Part shown: piece by piece, positions 1-13,025 of the stretch
Position numbering within the stretch: the stretch's first letter is position 1
Layout of the letters: every line of letters starts with the position of its first letter
Assembly (NCBI GenBank): GCA_964016885.1
Contig: OZ024741.1
Coordinates: forward strand, 231,570,001 to 231,634,000
Source of the DNA: Eledone cirrhosa
Taxonomy: Eukaryota
Direction: 5' to 3'
DNA length: 64,000 nt
Translations under genes and position numbers: made by a program
Notes under the pieces: generated by a model
The model's input: only the letters and a program-made list of their open reading frames with translations
Databases searched by the model: none
Told to the model about the DNA's origin: nothing

Positions 1-144
1 TATGTAAACACACATATATTTATAAACATATATATATATACACATATATATATACATATATATATATAGATAAATATATACATATATACATATATATATA
101 TGTGTGTGTATATATGTATATATATATATATGTGTTTATATATG

Positions 145-221
<77 letters not shown>

Positions 222-474
222 GAGTAGGACCCGACGGCTGAGCTCAAGCCGTTTCGACGGCTAATTCTGGACTATTAATTATGAATTGATGGGTACAGTA
301 TGAATTGATGGGTACAGTAAAAATGGATGGGTACAGTGATACCACATTCATGCTGCCTATTATGCAGTTGGATTGGTTCCTGTTATTAATTCTGGCAATA
401 TTACACAACTATGACCCTCCCCAAGTATAACAATATTTGTTTCGACACACGATTTCATATCCAAAACCTCGCAA

Positions 475-552
<78 letters not shown>

Positions 553-884
553 TTCGTTTCTGAATTTGTTTAGCTAGATTCTTTATCTGAAAACGAGTGT
601 TGAAACCGATATTGTTATAATTTGGGAGGGTCATGTTGCCAATAAGAAACACTCGCACCAGTTGCTTTTACTTTAATTTATTATAAATTTAGGAATTTAT
701 AAATTTCCGGGTGGTTGGTTGGTTCCACAACCAGACGATTGTTCATATATTGTCAAAGTTCTTTCGTCAGACATTCTGGAACCTCTTCAGTCACTGGGGC
801 TTCTTTTCTTTGTTTTTGTGCCTCTCCTTTGTTCTGTCCTACGCCATCTTGTTTTTGTGTGTGTTGTGTGCTTAGTTTGCGCAT

Positions 885-1831
885 GTGTTAGATACTATCA
901 ATAACAAAAATCAGATCCTCCATTCCCATTATGCCAAAGCCATGACTTCCAAATATCTGATCCACCGAAACTCAGCTGTTTCAGACCACACCAAAATCAA
1001 CATACTGATTGCGGATTTGGTACGGGTGATGAGAAACCTGTCTCGCATGTGCAACCCCAAAGAATTAGAGAGACACATACAACACTTCCTCCACCGTATG
1101 CAGTTCTCTGGTTACAACCAGAGAGATAAGATCAGAGTATATAGAGGAGACAGAAACAAATGGGAAAAAATGGTAAATAATGATACAAATGGGACCTGCC
1201 CCTTGTATAGGAGCAAATTTTGGAATAGAATAGAAAGAACTAGGAATAAGGTTAATAGAATAAACTCATGGTATGATAGCAATAAATACCAGAGTGTAAT
1301 GTTCATCAACACAACCCATAGAGGTGAATTAGTTTACAAATTCAGAAGGAACCTAGATAAACATAAACTCAAAATTAAGATAGTAGAAAGACCAGGCACC
1401 TCTATAAAAACACTTATTAGCAAGACATACCATTTTCAAAGACCTCCCTGTATAGATAAGAAATGTATAATCTGTAAACTAAGCCCCATATTAACTGTAA
1501 AATTAGAAATGTAGTATATGGCATAAGATGTACTGAAGGGCAATGTAGAGATAAGAATATAGTGTACATAGGTGAGTCAGATCGTAGTATAGGAGAACGG
1601 ATAAATGAACACTGGCGAGACCTTCAAGATAGTAAAGAATCATCTGTACTCTACCAACATGCTAAAATAGAACATAAGGGTAAATTAAAGAACATAGAAA
1701 TAAAAATAGAATCTACACACATAAAAGACGCAATTTTTAGACAAATCACAGAGGCAATAAACATAAATGAACTCCAACCCAAATTAAATAGAAAGCATGA
1801 ATGGAATAGCAACATCACAACTTACAATTAA
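885..1831 (+). pseudogene. PLE RT C-terminus, Cys linker and GIY-YIG endonuclease, frameshifted near 1490
   Basis: ORFs 885-1514 and 1562-1831 join as ...CIDKKCIICK/NCKIRNVVYGIRC...VYIGESDRSIGERINEH...EAININELQPKLNRK, which are GIY-YIG motifs. Confidence 0.88.
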
Positions 1832-2030
1832 GGACAAAATGAAAACACACACACACATAGAACAAACAACCAGCCAGTAACATATAAATAAACAAATAAA
1901 TAAACGAATATAAGCAAACACAGACACCCGGATGTAACACATGCGCAAACTAAGCACACAACACACACAAAAACAAGATGGCGTAGGACAGAACAAAGGA
2001 GAAGCACAAAAACAAAGAAAAGAATCCCCA

Positions 2031-2073
2031 GTCACTGAAGAGGTCACAAAATGTGTGACGAAAGAACTTTGAC
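2031..2073 (+). ncRNA. Minimal type-I hammerhead ribozyme in family P pLTR
   Basis: gtca CTGAAGA g-gtcaca...tgtgac GAAA gaac TT tgac. Other copies at 2687-2731(-) and 58998-59042(+), and a degenerate copy near 752-795(-). Confidence 0.8.
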
Positions 2074-2225
2074 AATATATGAACAATCGTCTGGTTGTGG
2101 AACCAACCAACCAACTGGAAATTTATAAATTCCTAAATTTATAAATTTAATTTATAATAAATTGAAGTGAATGCAACTGGTGCGTGTGTTTTTTATTGGC
2201 AACATGACCCTCCCAAAGTATAACG

Positions 2226-2260
<35 letters not shown>

Positions 2261-2262
2261 TT

Positions 2263-2400
2263 GAAGGCGTGTGGCTGATTGGTTAGAGTATTGAATTCGC
2301 AATCGTAAGGTTGTGAGTTCGATTCCTGAACCAGGCGATGCGTTATGTCCTTGAGCAAGACACTTTATTTCACATTGCTCCTTCTACCTGGAGTTGCGAC
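2263..2400 (+). mobile_element. tRNA-derived SINE
   Basis: A box tggctgattgg and B box gagttcgattcc, followed by the SINE body motif tgtccttgagcaagacactt. Confidence 0.75.
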
Positions 2401-2509
2401 CGATAGATAGTATTAGCAATTGGAAAGACCAGCGGAAACATTGTTTCCTCGGTCCGATTTGACGAAAGTCGATCGTTCCTTTTGTTTATATATATATATA
2501 TATATATAA

Positions 2510-3020
2510 ATATATTGTTATACTTTGGGAGGGTCATGTTGCCAATAAGAAACACACGCACCCGTTGCTTTCACTTCAATTTATTATATATTTATAAATT
2601 CATAAATTTACAAATCTACAAACTTATAAATTATAAATTTCTGGTTGGTTGGTTGGTTCCACAACCAGATAGTTGTTTATATATATAGTCATAGTCCTTT
2701 CGTCACACACTCTGTGACCTCTTCAGTGACTGGGGATTCCTTTCTTCGTTTCTGTGCCTTTTCTTTCTTCTATCCTACGCCATTTTGTTTCTGTGTGTGT
2801 GTTGTGTGCTCAGTTTGCGCATGTGCCACATCCGGGTGTCTGTGTGTGTTTGTGTTCATTTTTCTAATTGTTTATTTATTTATTGTTGGTTGGTTGTTTG
2901 TTCTATGTGTGTGTGTGTTTTCATTTTGTCCTGTGTGTATAACAATATCGGTTTAACAATATCGGTTTCAACACACGATTTCAGATAAAGAATCTTGCTA
3001 AACAAATTCAGAAACGAAAT
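2510..3020 (-). mobile_element. Solo/inverted family P pseudo-LTR with HHR (2687-2731)
   Basis: Reverse complement of about 1832-2225. The minus strand reads agtca CTGAAGA...GAAA ggac TA tgact. Confidence 0.8.
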
Positions 3021-3087
3021 ATATAAATATATATATATAATATGTATATATATATATATATAAATAAATATATATATATATAAATAA

Positions 3088-3146
<59 letters not shown>

Positions 3147-3355
3147 AAAATGTATGGCCCCGACGGCAGAGCTCAAGCCGTTTCGACGGCTATTTCGACG
3201 GCTATTCCTGGGTAATTCATTCCAGAAGTAGCCGTCGAAACGGCTTGAGCTCTACCGTCGGGCTCATGCTTTTTCCTACCCTAAGTATTGTGTACCCTAA
3301 GTATTGAGTACTCTGGTGCGTTATGGTCCATCTGGTTCCTTACCACAATTTCTTT

Positions 3356-3408
<53 letters not shown>

Positions 3409-3499
3409 GTATATATATATATATTTATATGTAAATATATATATATATACTTACTCTTTTACTAATCTACCTGTTCCAGCGAGACGGCTGAGGCCATGC

Positions 3500-4378
3500 T
3501 TGGGCACCACCCTTGTTGCTACACATTTTATCTCTAGCCTGTATTGGTTGGCCACTGGAGCAAGAGGGAGTTTGTTTCTGTTGCCCTTAGGTTTCCCTCG
3601 TGACATGCTGTGGGCTCATATGGGATCCTGGATAGCAACTTGTCGAGTTGTTTCTTGAAGATATCCACATCCACACCATGCAGATCTCTCCGAACCCTCG
3701 GCAGCTTGTTGAAGATTTGAGGGCCCTTGAACCTCTGGCTATTGCAATATCTGCTCCCTATTCTAGATATGGAAGACGGTCCCTTTTGCCACCATACAGT
3801 GACGTCCTGCTCGACGGTTGGTCCAGCTCCCAATGCCAAAGTTTGGTGCTAGTCCCTCCAGGATTTTCCACATGCAGATCACTGTGTATCTCTGCTATCT
3901 GCGTTCCCAGGAGTAGAGGTTCAGTTCTTTTAGCCTCTCCCAGTAGCGTATCTCCTTCTTCGCGGCAATCCTCTTGGTGTAGCTTCGATGGTTTGTCTCA
4001 AACTCCGTGGTTAGTTTGACACCATGGGGTGACCACAAGTGGGAACAATAGTCCAGGCCGCTTAGGACAAATGTCCTCCATAGTGTCAACATGGTGTCTC
4101 GGTCTCTTGTCCGGAAAGTCCTCAAGATCCAGCTACCGATCATCTGCACATTTTCGCCACTTTCATGATGTGTTAGGAAAATGATGCATCATCGCTCATG
4201 TCTATACCCATGTCTTGTATCGATTTTGACACTGGGATATCGGTCCGTCCTGGTCCTGCGTAACTGTGTTGTTTTGTAGGACTTGGAATTTGCAAGCATT
4301 AAACTGCATGTTGTTGTCTTCCGCCCATTTGTATATGGCATCCAGATCTTGTTGTAAAAGGGCATCGTCAGGCCGGGT
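3500..4378 (-). pseudogene. CR1-like LINE RT C-terminal fragment
   Basis: WILRTFRTRD...LWRTFVLSGLDYCSHLWSP...YWERLKELNLYS and GPQIFNKLP...FKKQLDKLL, with multiple disruptions. Confidence 0.85.
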
Positions 4379-5217
4379 TTATGATGTATATATATAAGAA
4401 AAAAGATGAAATCGAAAATGCAACTGGAACCTATTTTTTTTTTAAATATATGTTTATTTGTTTTTTTACTGGTTTCGCAGTTCTGCTTTTCAAAAGTATA
4501 GTCTAGATGGAAGGTCTGTGGTTTTTCTCACATCTGATTGGTCTTTGAATGTTACATGTTTTATATGGAAAAAAGTGGCTCGAAATGCTAGGTTTTTAGA
4601 GAAGTAATTTTATTGGTTGGTGAATAAGTATAATAAATTTCGCGCCAGTTCGCGTTTCAAATTCCTTGAAACAAAGGGGGTGCGGGTGCTCAGGGTATTT
4701 TTTTTATATATGAGTGAAGTTTGGTTGGTTGATGCAGTCACGTGAATAAGCACATCAGCTTTCGCGCTAGTTTGTCTTTGAATTTCTTTTTGCTAAATAA
4801 AAAGTGGCTCATGAAGACTTTTTTTATAAATGTAATTTGATTGGTTATAAATGAAATTATGACTGTTACGCGAACAAGTGCATTAGATTTCGCGCCAGTA
4901 TTTTGGGTTTTTTTTAAATAGAGATTTAGAGAATTTTGTGCCAAACAAAAGAAAATGGTCAAGAAAAAATGGATGGAGAGAGTTGTTCTGAGTATGACTG
5001 AAGTGCTGAAATGTAATTTGATTAGTTATAAATTAAATGATGACAGTCACTTGAACATGTTCATTAAATTTAGCGCCCGTATTTGGGAATTTATTGGAAG
5101 CTCCCGGATAGTTTACATTTGTTAATATCGTATTTTTACTCCAATTATTTGTTGAGTGCTTCATATCAGTTATAAAACTATTTGCTTGTTGTATCCCAAC
5201 AATTTAAATAGAACTTT

Positions 5218-5327
<110 letters not shown>

Positions 5328-5339
5328 TACATATGAATT

Positions 5340-5636
5340 TATATATAGTGTATTTTGCAATACACTGTATGCTTAATTAAAAGCATTTTAAAGACCATAC
5401 GCTATTATTTTAAAGTAGCAACATTGTCGTTTAATTAAATTTTCGGCAGGCAGGGGGAGATAAGTTGACAACGCTGTTTCGTACTGATTGGTACTTGTCA
5501 ACCGCACTGTCAACTTATCTCCACCTGCCTGTCGAAAATTTAAGTAAGCGACAATGTCGTTACTTTAATAGAATAGCGTATGGTCTTCAAAATGGTTTTA
5601 ATTAAGCATACAGTGCATTGCAAAATACACTATATA
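5340..5636. repeat. Fold-back (~130-bp arms) related to the 310-bp retrozyme family
   Basis: tatatagtgtattttgcaat...gagataagttgaca pairs with tgtcaacttatctc...attgcaaaatacactatata. The right arm and flank resemble ggtcttcaaaatg...atatcgctatttcagagc of the 310-bp unit. Confidence 0.7.
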
Positions 5637-5778
5637 TACATTCATATATATATATCGCTATATCAGAGCACCAATTCAAATATATTACATATATATATAT
5701 ATATACACATATATATACAGAAAAATATGTAAACACATACATACACTCACACACACACACATACACACACACACGCAC

Positions 5779-5893
<115 letters not shown>

Positions 5894-6603
5894 AAAGTTA
5901 AAAGTTAAACAAGGTTCAATGAATAAATCAAAGTATGAGATTTACAATAGATTGGAAGCACTCAACAAAATGGTTTTCCAGAGTTATTAATATTAATTAA
6001 AATTATTAACAAAATAGATATTCTTGTGATCAAGTATATTTTATTATACATATTTCAGAGGTACTGAGTTAAGTTCAACTGTACGTCATCATCAAATAAA
6101 ATAAGATGATGCATGACATACACTGACACAGTAGATGGTTAAGATTCGGTCATGGTAGTGAGTAATATATGACAAAACTCAATATTTATATACTTTAATA
6201 TTGAGAACATGAGAAAAATATATAATACATACAATAGAGAGCGTGTGTGTAATACAGGGTAAAAAATACATGGCATCAATATAACTATTATAAAAATTTT
6301 AATTACTGAAGAAAGAGGAAAGAAAGGAAAGCATAGATGAAGAAACAGCTGATGGGATAATATAGGTAGTAGGTGCCTCGAAAGACAAAAGGGAGATGAT
6401 TAAGTTTCGCAAACAATTCATTATTGTTCACTTTTTATTTTTATATTTATTTTGTGTCTAGCCCTTATCCTTAGGACTAATGTAGTATTGACATATATTT
6501 ATAGTATATATCAACTAAATGATCCTTTTACCATAATTGATATACACATTCATTTTTAACAATATTATTTTAACAATATTTTCAGTAACCTATTTACTAT
6601 ATT

Positions 6604-6740
6604 GTAATAGTTGTTTGTACTTTTGGCACAAGGCCAGCAACTACCCAGTATATTACTGATACTTTATTTTATCGACCCTGTAAGGATGAAAGGCAAAGTT
6701 AACCTCGGCGTGATTAGAACTCAGATCATAAAGGGACGGT
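6604..6740 (-). mobile_element. tRNA-derived SINE (Octopus-type), partial
   Basis: ggcacaaggccagcaa...tactttattttatcgaccc...ggatgaaaggcaaag, same family as 19922-20113. Confidence 0.75.
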
Positions 6741-6926
6741 ATTATGTTATGTATTATGTTATGTATAATCCTTGAATATTTTTTGAAAAATCCTCTATGC
6801 ATGTATTTGGAAACCTAGTATTGTCACATAATACTTGGAACTGGAACCAATGGATAGAGTGTGGTAGCCGGATATCGAGAAATCAACCTGTTACAAGGCG
6901 ATAGTACTGGAGTGCACCATTTTTCC

Positions 6927-8289
6927 TATAAACAATCCTGCCTGTAAAGCTACACCACAGCTAACCAGCTTTTCTGTTTACTGACTCCTGCTTACAAGCT
7001 TTCATACTCTGCCTGTAAATCATGTACTTGCACTGCCTGTGAATTCATGTATCTATGCTTGGTTTGTTTTTTGATCATGCTGAGTAACAGCCTCATTCAT
7101 TTCTTGCTTTCCTCTCTCAACCTCCTTATGATCTATTGCACCATTTATATGATAAAAATGTTGATGTAATTTTTTATTATGTAATTTTTGGTGACATTAT
7201 ATATATCATGTATTGTGTGCCTCCCTTCTTTCCTTCTTCCTTGTTCTGGTGACTAGGCTCGGTGGAGCCTGCAACCTTTGATATACTTTTGTTTATAGGC
7301 TCTCATGATACCTGCCCTAGGGTATGGATGAAACACTGTTAGCAAATAAGACAATGTATTTCTAAGCACTCTCTGTTTATTCCTAAACTTATAACGGCTC
7401 TGTAGCATACTAGTTATCCTACATTGATCTAAAACCACACTTTCATACCAAGGACAATATATCTGTGTGTCTGTGCAGATTAGTATAATTATCATCCAAA
7501 CTATATCTATATATATATATACCCCCCCCCCCCACATATATATATATACATACATACACGTACATACAATAAAAATACACACATACACACGCACACACAT
7601 ATATTTATATACGTACATACACACATATATTCATACACATATACACATATATACATATATATATATACATATACACATATATACATATATATATATATAT
7701 ATATACACACACATATATAAACAATCCTGGCTGTAAAGCTGCACCACAGCTAACCAGCTTTTCTGTTTACTGACTCCTGCTTATAAGATTTCATACTCTA
7801 CCTGTAAATCATGTACTTGCACTGCCTGTGAATTGATGTATCTATGCTTGGTTTTCTTTTTGATCATGCTGAGTGACACCCTCATTCATTTCTTGCTCTC
7901 CTCTCTCAACCTCCTTATGATCTATTGCACCATTTATATGATAAAAATGTTGATGTAATTTTTTATTATGTAATTTTTGGTGACATTATATTTATCATGT
8001 ATTGTGTGCCTCCCTTCTTTCCTTCTTCCTTGTTCTGGTGACTAGGCTCGATGGAGCCTGCAACCTTTGATATACTTTTGTTTATAGGCTCTCATGATAC
8101 CTGCCCTAGGGTATGGATGAAACACTGTTAGCAAATAAGACAATGTATTTCTAAGCACTCTCTGTTTATTCCTAAACTTATAACGGCTCTGTAGCATACT
8201 AGTTATCCTACATTGAACTAAAACCACACTTTCATACCAAGGACAATATATCTGTGTGTCCGTGCACATTATATAATTGTCACCCAAAC

Positions 8290-8330
<41 letters not shown>

Positions 8331-8351
8331 CCACACACACACATACACACA

Positions 8352-8405
<54 letters not shown>

Positions 8406-8620
8406 CAATCATATATATATATACAAACATATATATATATACATACATACACGTACATACAATACAAATACACACATACACACACACACACAAACGCATA
8501 TATATACGTACATACACACATATATTCATACACATATACACACATATATATATACATACACACACACACACACTAACACACATATATATACACACACACA
8601 CATATATATATATATGTATG
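6927..8620. repeat. Tandem duplication, period ~789 bp, including microsatellite tail
   Basis: aacaatcctg...ccaaactatat is repeated at 6931 and 7720 with high identity. Confidence 0.9.
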
Positions 8621-8624
8621 CAAA

Positions 8625-9155
8625 AGATCTATTTAAATTGTTGGGATACAACAAGTAAATATTTTTATAACTGATATATAGCACTCGACAAGTATTTGGA
8701 GTAGATATACGATATTAATAAATGGCAACTATATTTATAAAACCATATTTATTTCATTATACATATTTCAGGGATACCAAATTAAAATATGGTATGCCTC
8801 ATCAGACAAAATATAATATATAACAGTTTTACAAATAAGCGTTGACGTACCCTTTTAAAATGCGACCATTAATTTTGGAGGCTATCTGGATAGTGAATTG
8901 TTTATATTATTTTAATAAGTCTTATTGTCCTTAACACTGAGACTTATTAAAATAATATAAACAATTCACTATCCAGATGGCCTCCAAAAATAATGGTTGC
9001 ATTTTAAAAGGATACGTCAAAGCTTATTTGTGAAACTGTTATATATTGTATTTTGTCTGATGAAGGCATACCATAATTTAATTTGGTATCCCTGAAATAT
9101 GTATAATGAAATAAATATGGTTTTATAAATATAGTTTCCATTTATTAATATCGTA
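8625..9155. mobile_element. Fold-back of Naiad-A-type pLTR with two oppositely oriented HHRs (8750-8813 -, 9049-9113 +)
   Basis: tattttgt CTGATGA aggcatacca...tggtatccct GAAA tatgta TA atgaaata. The arms are inverted around aataagtctta-ttgtccttaacac-tgagacttatt. Confidence 0.85.
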
Positions 9156-9157
9156 TG

Positions 9158-9205
<48 letters not shown>

Positions 9206-9310
9206 CATACACATAAACATATATACATATATATATATATACACATATTTATACACAAACATATGTTAACACATGCATACACACACGTACATATATATAT
9301 TTATATATAT

Positions 9311-9399
<89 letters not shown>

Positions 9400-9403
<4 letters not shown>

Positions 9404-11010
9404 TAAACAGAATAGAAAATGCTGACAAATTGTTCACAGTGAAAAATAGTTTAATTAGGAATAAGTGATAATTAGTAATAGTATTGGTTAGTATTAAGTT
9501 TTGGTTTTAAGTTTTACCGGTTGCGCATTTCTAATGCTTATCAAAAATTATTTTGAATGAGGCCTTTGACAACCATCCTCCAGAATATCCCTGTGTTGAA
9601 AAAGGACAATAGAATGAACCAAATCCTACGAACACACGATATCATAAAGAGCAAAGGACAATCTAAGTCAATGAAAAACATCCTAACACATGCCAAAGTA
9701 CTGCCAACCACAACAACGAAACCCACAGTAAAAAAATGCGATAGACCCAACTGTGGCATTTGCATCAACCTAATAGAGGGTTCGGAATTCTATTTCAAAG
9801 AAGGACAACGCTTTATAGTAAAACACAATTTCACATGAGCATCCGAAAATCTAATATATTTATTAACTTGCTCAGGTTGTCGAGAACAATACATAGGACA
9901 GACCAAAGACAGCCTCCGCCAACGCATGACTGTCCATAGATCCTAAATTAAAATACGGGAATACAGGAAAATACCACCGAGTGAACACATTGATACCTGT
10001 GCCGCCCAAAATCATCCCAACTTCAGAATCTTTCCCCTCTACAAATTTAAAGATAATGCCACCCACACCCAGCGCATCAGCAAGGAATCTTACTCTATTA
10101 ACAAATACGGACCCCGTCTAAACACTTCCCCCTAAGACAAATCCACAACATACACACGTCAACATACATACCTACATCAGCATACATCTCCACCCACATA
10201 TAAACACAATGACATACGTAAACACACATGTTCTATGGTGCAACACAAATATACACAAATTTGCATACCTTTTGATGTCTATAGATATAAACGTGCCGAC
10301 ACACACACATACATAAATGCACACATGCATTGCACACTGATGGGCACATACATAGTTGTGCACAGGTATTCTAATACGGCAAGGCCTAATGAATTCCCCT
10401 TGCAGTACGTACAATCTGGACACACTCCAGATAAATATTTGTGCACAGGTATACAATTTCTGGACACACTCCAGATACATGTGTACAATTTGTGCACAGG
10501 TATACAATTTGTGCACGGGTATACAATTTCTGGACACACTCCAGATACATATTTGTGCACAGGTATTCCAATACGGCAAGGCCGAATGGATACCCCTTGC
10601 AGTACGTACCATCTGGACACACTCACACACACACCTTGGTATTATGCCAATATTATATATCATTTCACACCTTTTATTATTAAGGTTTTTGATGTTCTAT
10701 TGAGAGAATTGATTTTACTGAAAATATCGAATAATGTACACCATTTTACCAGAAATAAATACTGATCCACCCACACACACACACACATTCTCTCTCACAC
10801 ACACACATATATATATACACACACACATACACACGCGTACATTAACATACAAAGAGACATACACACACACACACGCGCGCGCCCACACACACTTCTCCGT
10901 ATAAGACAAGAGCTGAACAAATATCTTTTAACATGTTAAAATATCCCCCACACACTTACAGACACACTAACATACAAAGAGACACACACACACACACACA
11001 CAACACACAC

Positions 11011-11103
<93 letters not shown>

Positions 11104-11214
11104 CTCCGTATAAGACAAGAGCTGAAAAAATATCTTTTAACATGTTAAAACATCCCCCACACACTTACAGACACATACCTACTGACCAACCCTCTACCAC
11201 GAATTACTCTGCCA

Positions 11215-11296
<82 letters not shown>

Positions 11297-11805
11297 TCTT
11301 AATAGGCATTTGAACTGTCAACAGGCTGCGGTTCGCACACACAACCCTGCTGACCATTATCACAATAACGAACCTCTTTACTACTACTACTACACACACA
11401 CACATATTTGTTGTGAAATACTTATCTCTCAGTCAGCCGCCACAAACCTACATTTGGCACAAAATCATTTTTTTACATTCACATGACCTCTACCGACCAA
11501 TCAAAATTCTTTTGACCACAAGAATTTTTGCAGCACGAATTGGCGCAAAACTTATTTTAATACCGCTGGAGCCACTTTTTAAACTTAAAAGCAGGTAGAA
11601 TTCCCAAAACTAATCAGATCTGAGCAAACATCACGGACGCTCTATCTCAACATTATTTTTGAAAAGCATTAGAAATGCGCCACCGGTAAAACTTAAGACC
11701 AAAACTTAATACTAACCAATACTATTACTAATTATCACTTTTTCCTAATTAAACTATTTTTCACTGTGAACAATTTGTCAGCATTTTCTATTCCGTTTAC
11801 CAATA
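9400..11805 (+). mobile_element. 5'-truncated Neptune-like PLE with inverted terminal arms
   Basis: 9400-9552 is the reverse complement of about 11652-11805. The internal remnant encodes a Cys linker and GIY-YIG. Another arm copy lies at 46987-47170(-). Confidence 0.8.
9557..10135 (+). pseudogene. PLE Cys linker and GIY-YIG endonuclease with two in-frame stops
   Basis: CDRPNCGIC...NFT*ASENLIYLLTCSGCREQYIGQTKDSLRQRMTVHRS*... Confidence 0.85.
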
Positions 11806-11838
11806 TATCATAACTTGTGTGTTACACCTCTATCCTTT

Positions 11839-11888
<50 letters not shown>

Positions 11889-11893
<5 letters not shown>

Positions 11894-13008
11894 ATAAATG
11901 CTCTGAAATAGCGATATATATGTGAAGATTGACATAGAATATTCGAAAATATTCTGTATGTTTATAATAAACATTTTGAAGACCTAATCGCTATAGAATA
12001 GAATACGTCACGTATTACAATTAGATTCTCGATAAAAGCAAGGGAAGTAACCTACGCGTTTCATTCTTATTAGAAATCTTCAGGATTACATATCCAGTGC
12101 TTTTATCGAGAATGACGCAGCTAGAGACTTATAGAATACTTAGCTGTGTACAGGAACTGGTTTGAAAGAGCGGTTGCCGGTCCGGCAGAAATTAGAAATT
12201 GGAATAAATGCTCTGAAATAGCGATATATATGTGAAGATAGACATAGAATATTCGAAAATATTCTGTATGTTTATAATAAACATTTTGAAGACCTAATCG
12301 CTATAGAATAGAATACGTCACGTATTACAATTAGATTCTCGATAAAAGCAAGGGAAGTAACCTACGCGTTTCATTCTTATTAGAAATCTTCAGGATTACA
12401 TATCCAGTGCTTTTATCGAGAATGACACAGCTAGAGACTTATAGAATACTTAGCTGTGTACAGGAACTGGTTTGAAAGAGCGGTTGCCGGTCCGGCAGAA
12501 ATTAGAAATTGGAATAAATGCTCTGAAATAGCGATATATATGTGAAGATAGACATAGAATATTCGAAAATATTCTGTATGTTTATAATAAACATTTTGAA
12601 GACCTAATCGCTATAGAATAGAATACGTCACGTATTACAATTAGATTCTCGATAAAAGCAAGGGAAGTAACCTACGCGTTTCATTCTTATTAGAAATCTT
12701 CAGGATTACATATCCAGTGCTTTTATCGAGAATGACACAGCTAGAGACTTATAGAATACTTAGCTGTGTACAGGAACTGGTTTGAAAGAGCGGTTGCCGG
12801 TCCGGCAGAAATTAGAAATTGGAATAAATGCTCTGAAATAGCGATATATATGTGAAGATAGACATAGAATATTCGAAAATATTCTGTATGTTTATAATAA
12901 ACATTTTGAAGACCTAATCGCTATAGAATAGAATACGTCACGTATTACAATTAGATTCTCGATAAAAGCTATAGCGATTAGGTCTTCAAAATGTTTATTA
13001 TAAACATA
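11889..13008 (-). repeat. Retrozyme-like tandem array R1: ~3.5 x 310 bp, one HHR per unit, short terminal inversion
   Basis: ggaataaatg recurs at 11891, 12201, 12511 and 12821. HHRs at 12047-12089, 12357-12399 and 12667-12709 (-). 12969-13008 is inverted. Confidence 0.92.
12047..12089 (-). ncRNA. Minimal type-I hammerhead ribozyme (R1)
   Basis: The minus strand reads gtaatc CTGAAGA tttct-aata-agaat GAAA CGCG TA ggttac. Stem I is extended by a 16-bp helix attctcgataaaagca/tgcttttatcgagaat. Confidence 0.92.
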
Positions 13009-13025
13009 TTTAGAATCTAGGGTTC

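Larger units (their letters stand above)
385..2225 (+). mobile_element. 5'-truncated Penelope-like element (family P, tentatively Nematis-like) with inverted 5' pseudo-LTR and 3' pseudo-LTR
   Basis: About 620-889 is the reverse complement of about 1935-2225. An RT-thumb/GIY-YIG ORF remnant lies between the arms. The 3' pLTR carries a hammerhead. Confidence 0.85.

Noticed and set aside
2263-2335. tRNA gene
   Set aside because: A/B boxes are present, but the cloverleaf is imperfect and the sequence continues into a SINE body.
7298-7345. HHR-like ctcatga...gaaacactgtt in the 789-bp duplication
   Set aside because: The core lacks G5 (CUCAUGA), stem II is not adjacent to GAAA, and stem I is only 3 bp.
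10356-10622. Repetitive ORFs (CTGIQFLDT...)
   Set aside because: They arise from a minisatellite (tgtgcacaggtatacaatt) in a PLE 3' UTR, with no coding signature.
11889-12969. Regular repeats as a CRISPR array
   Set aside because: The units are 310 bp and identical throughout, with no unique spacers and no cas genes, in a eukaryotic context.
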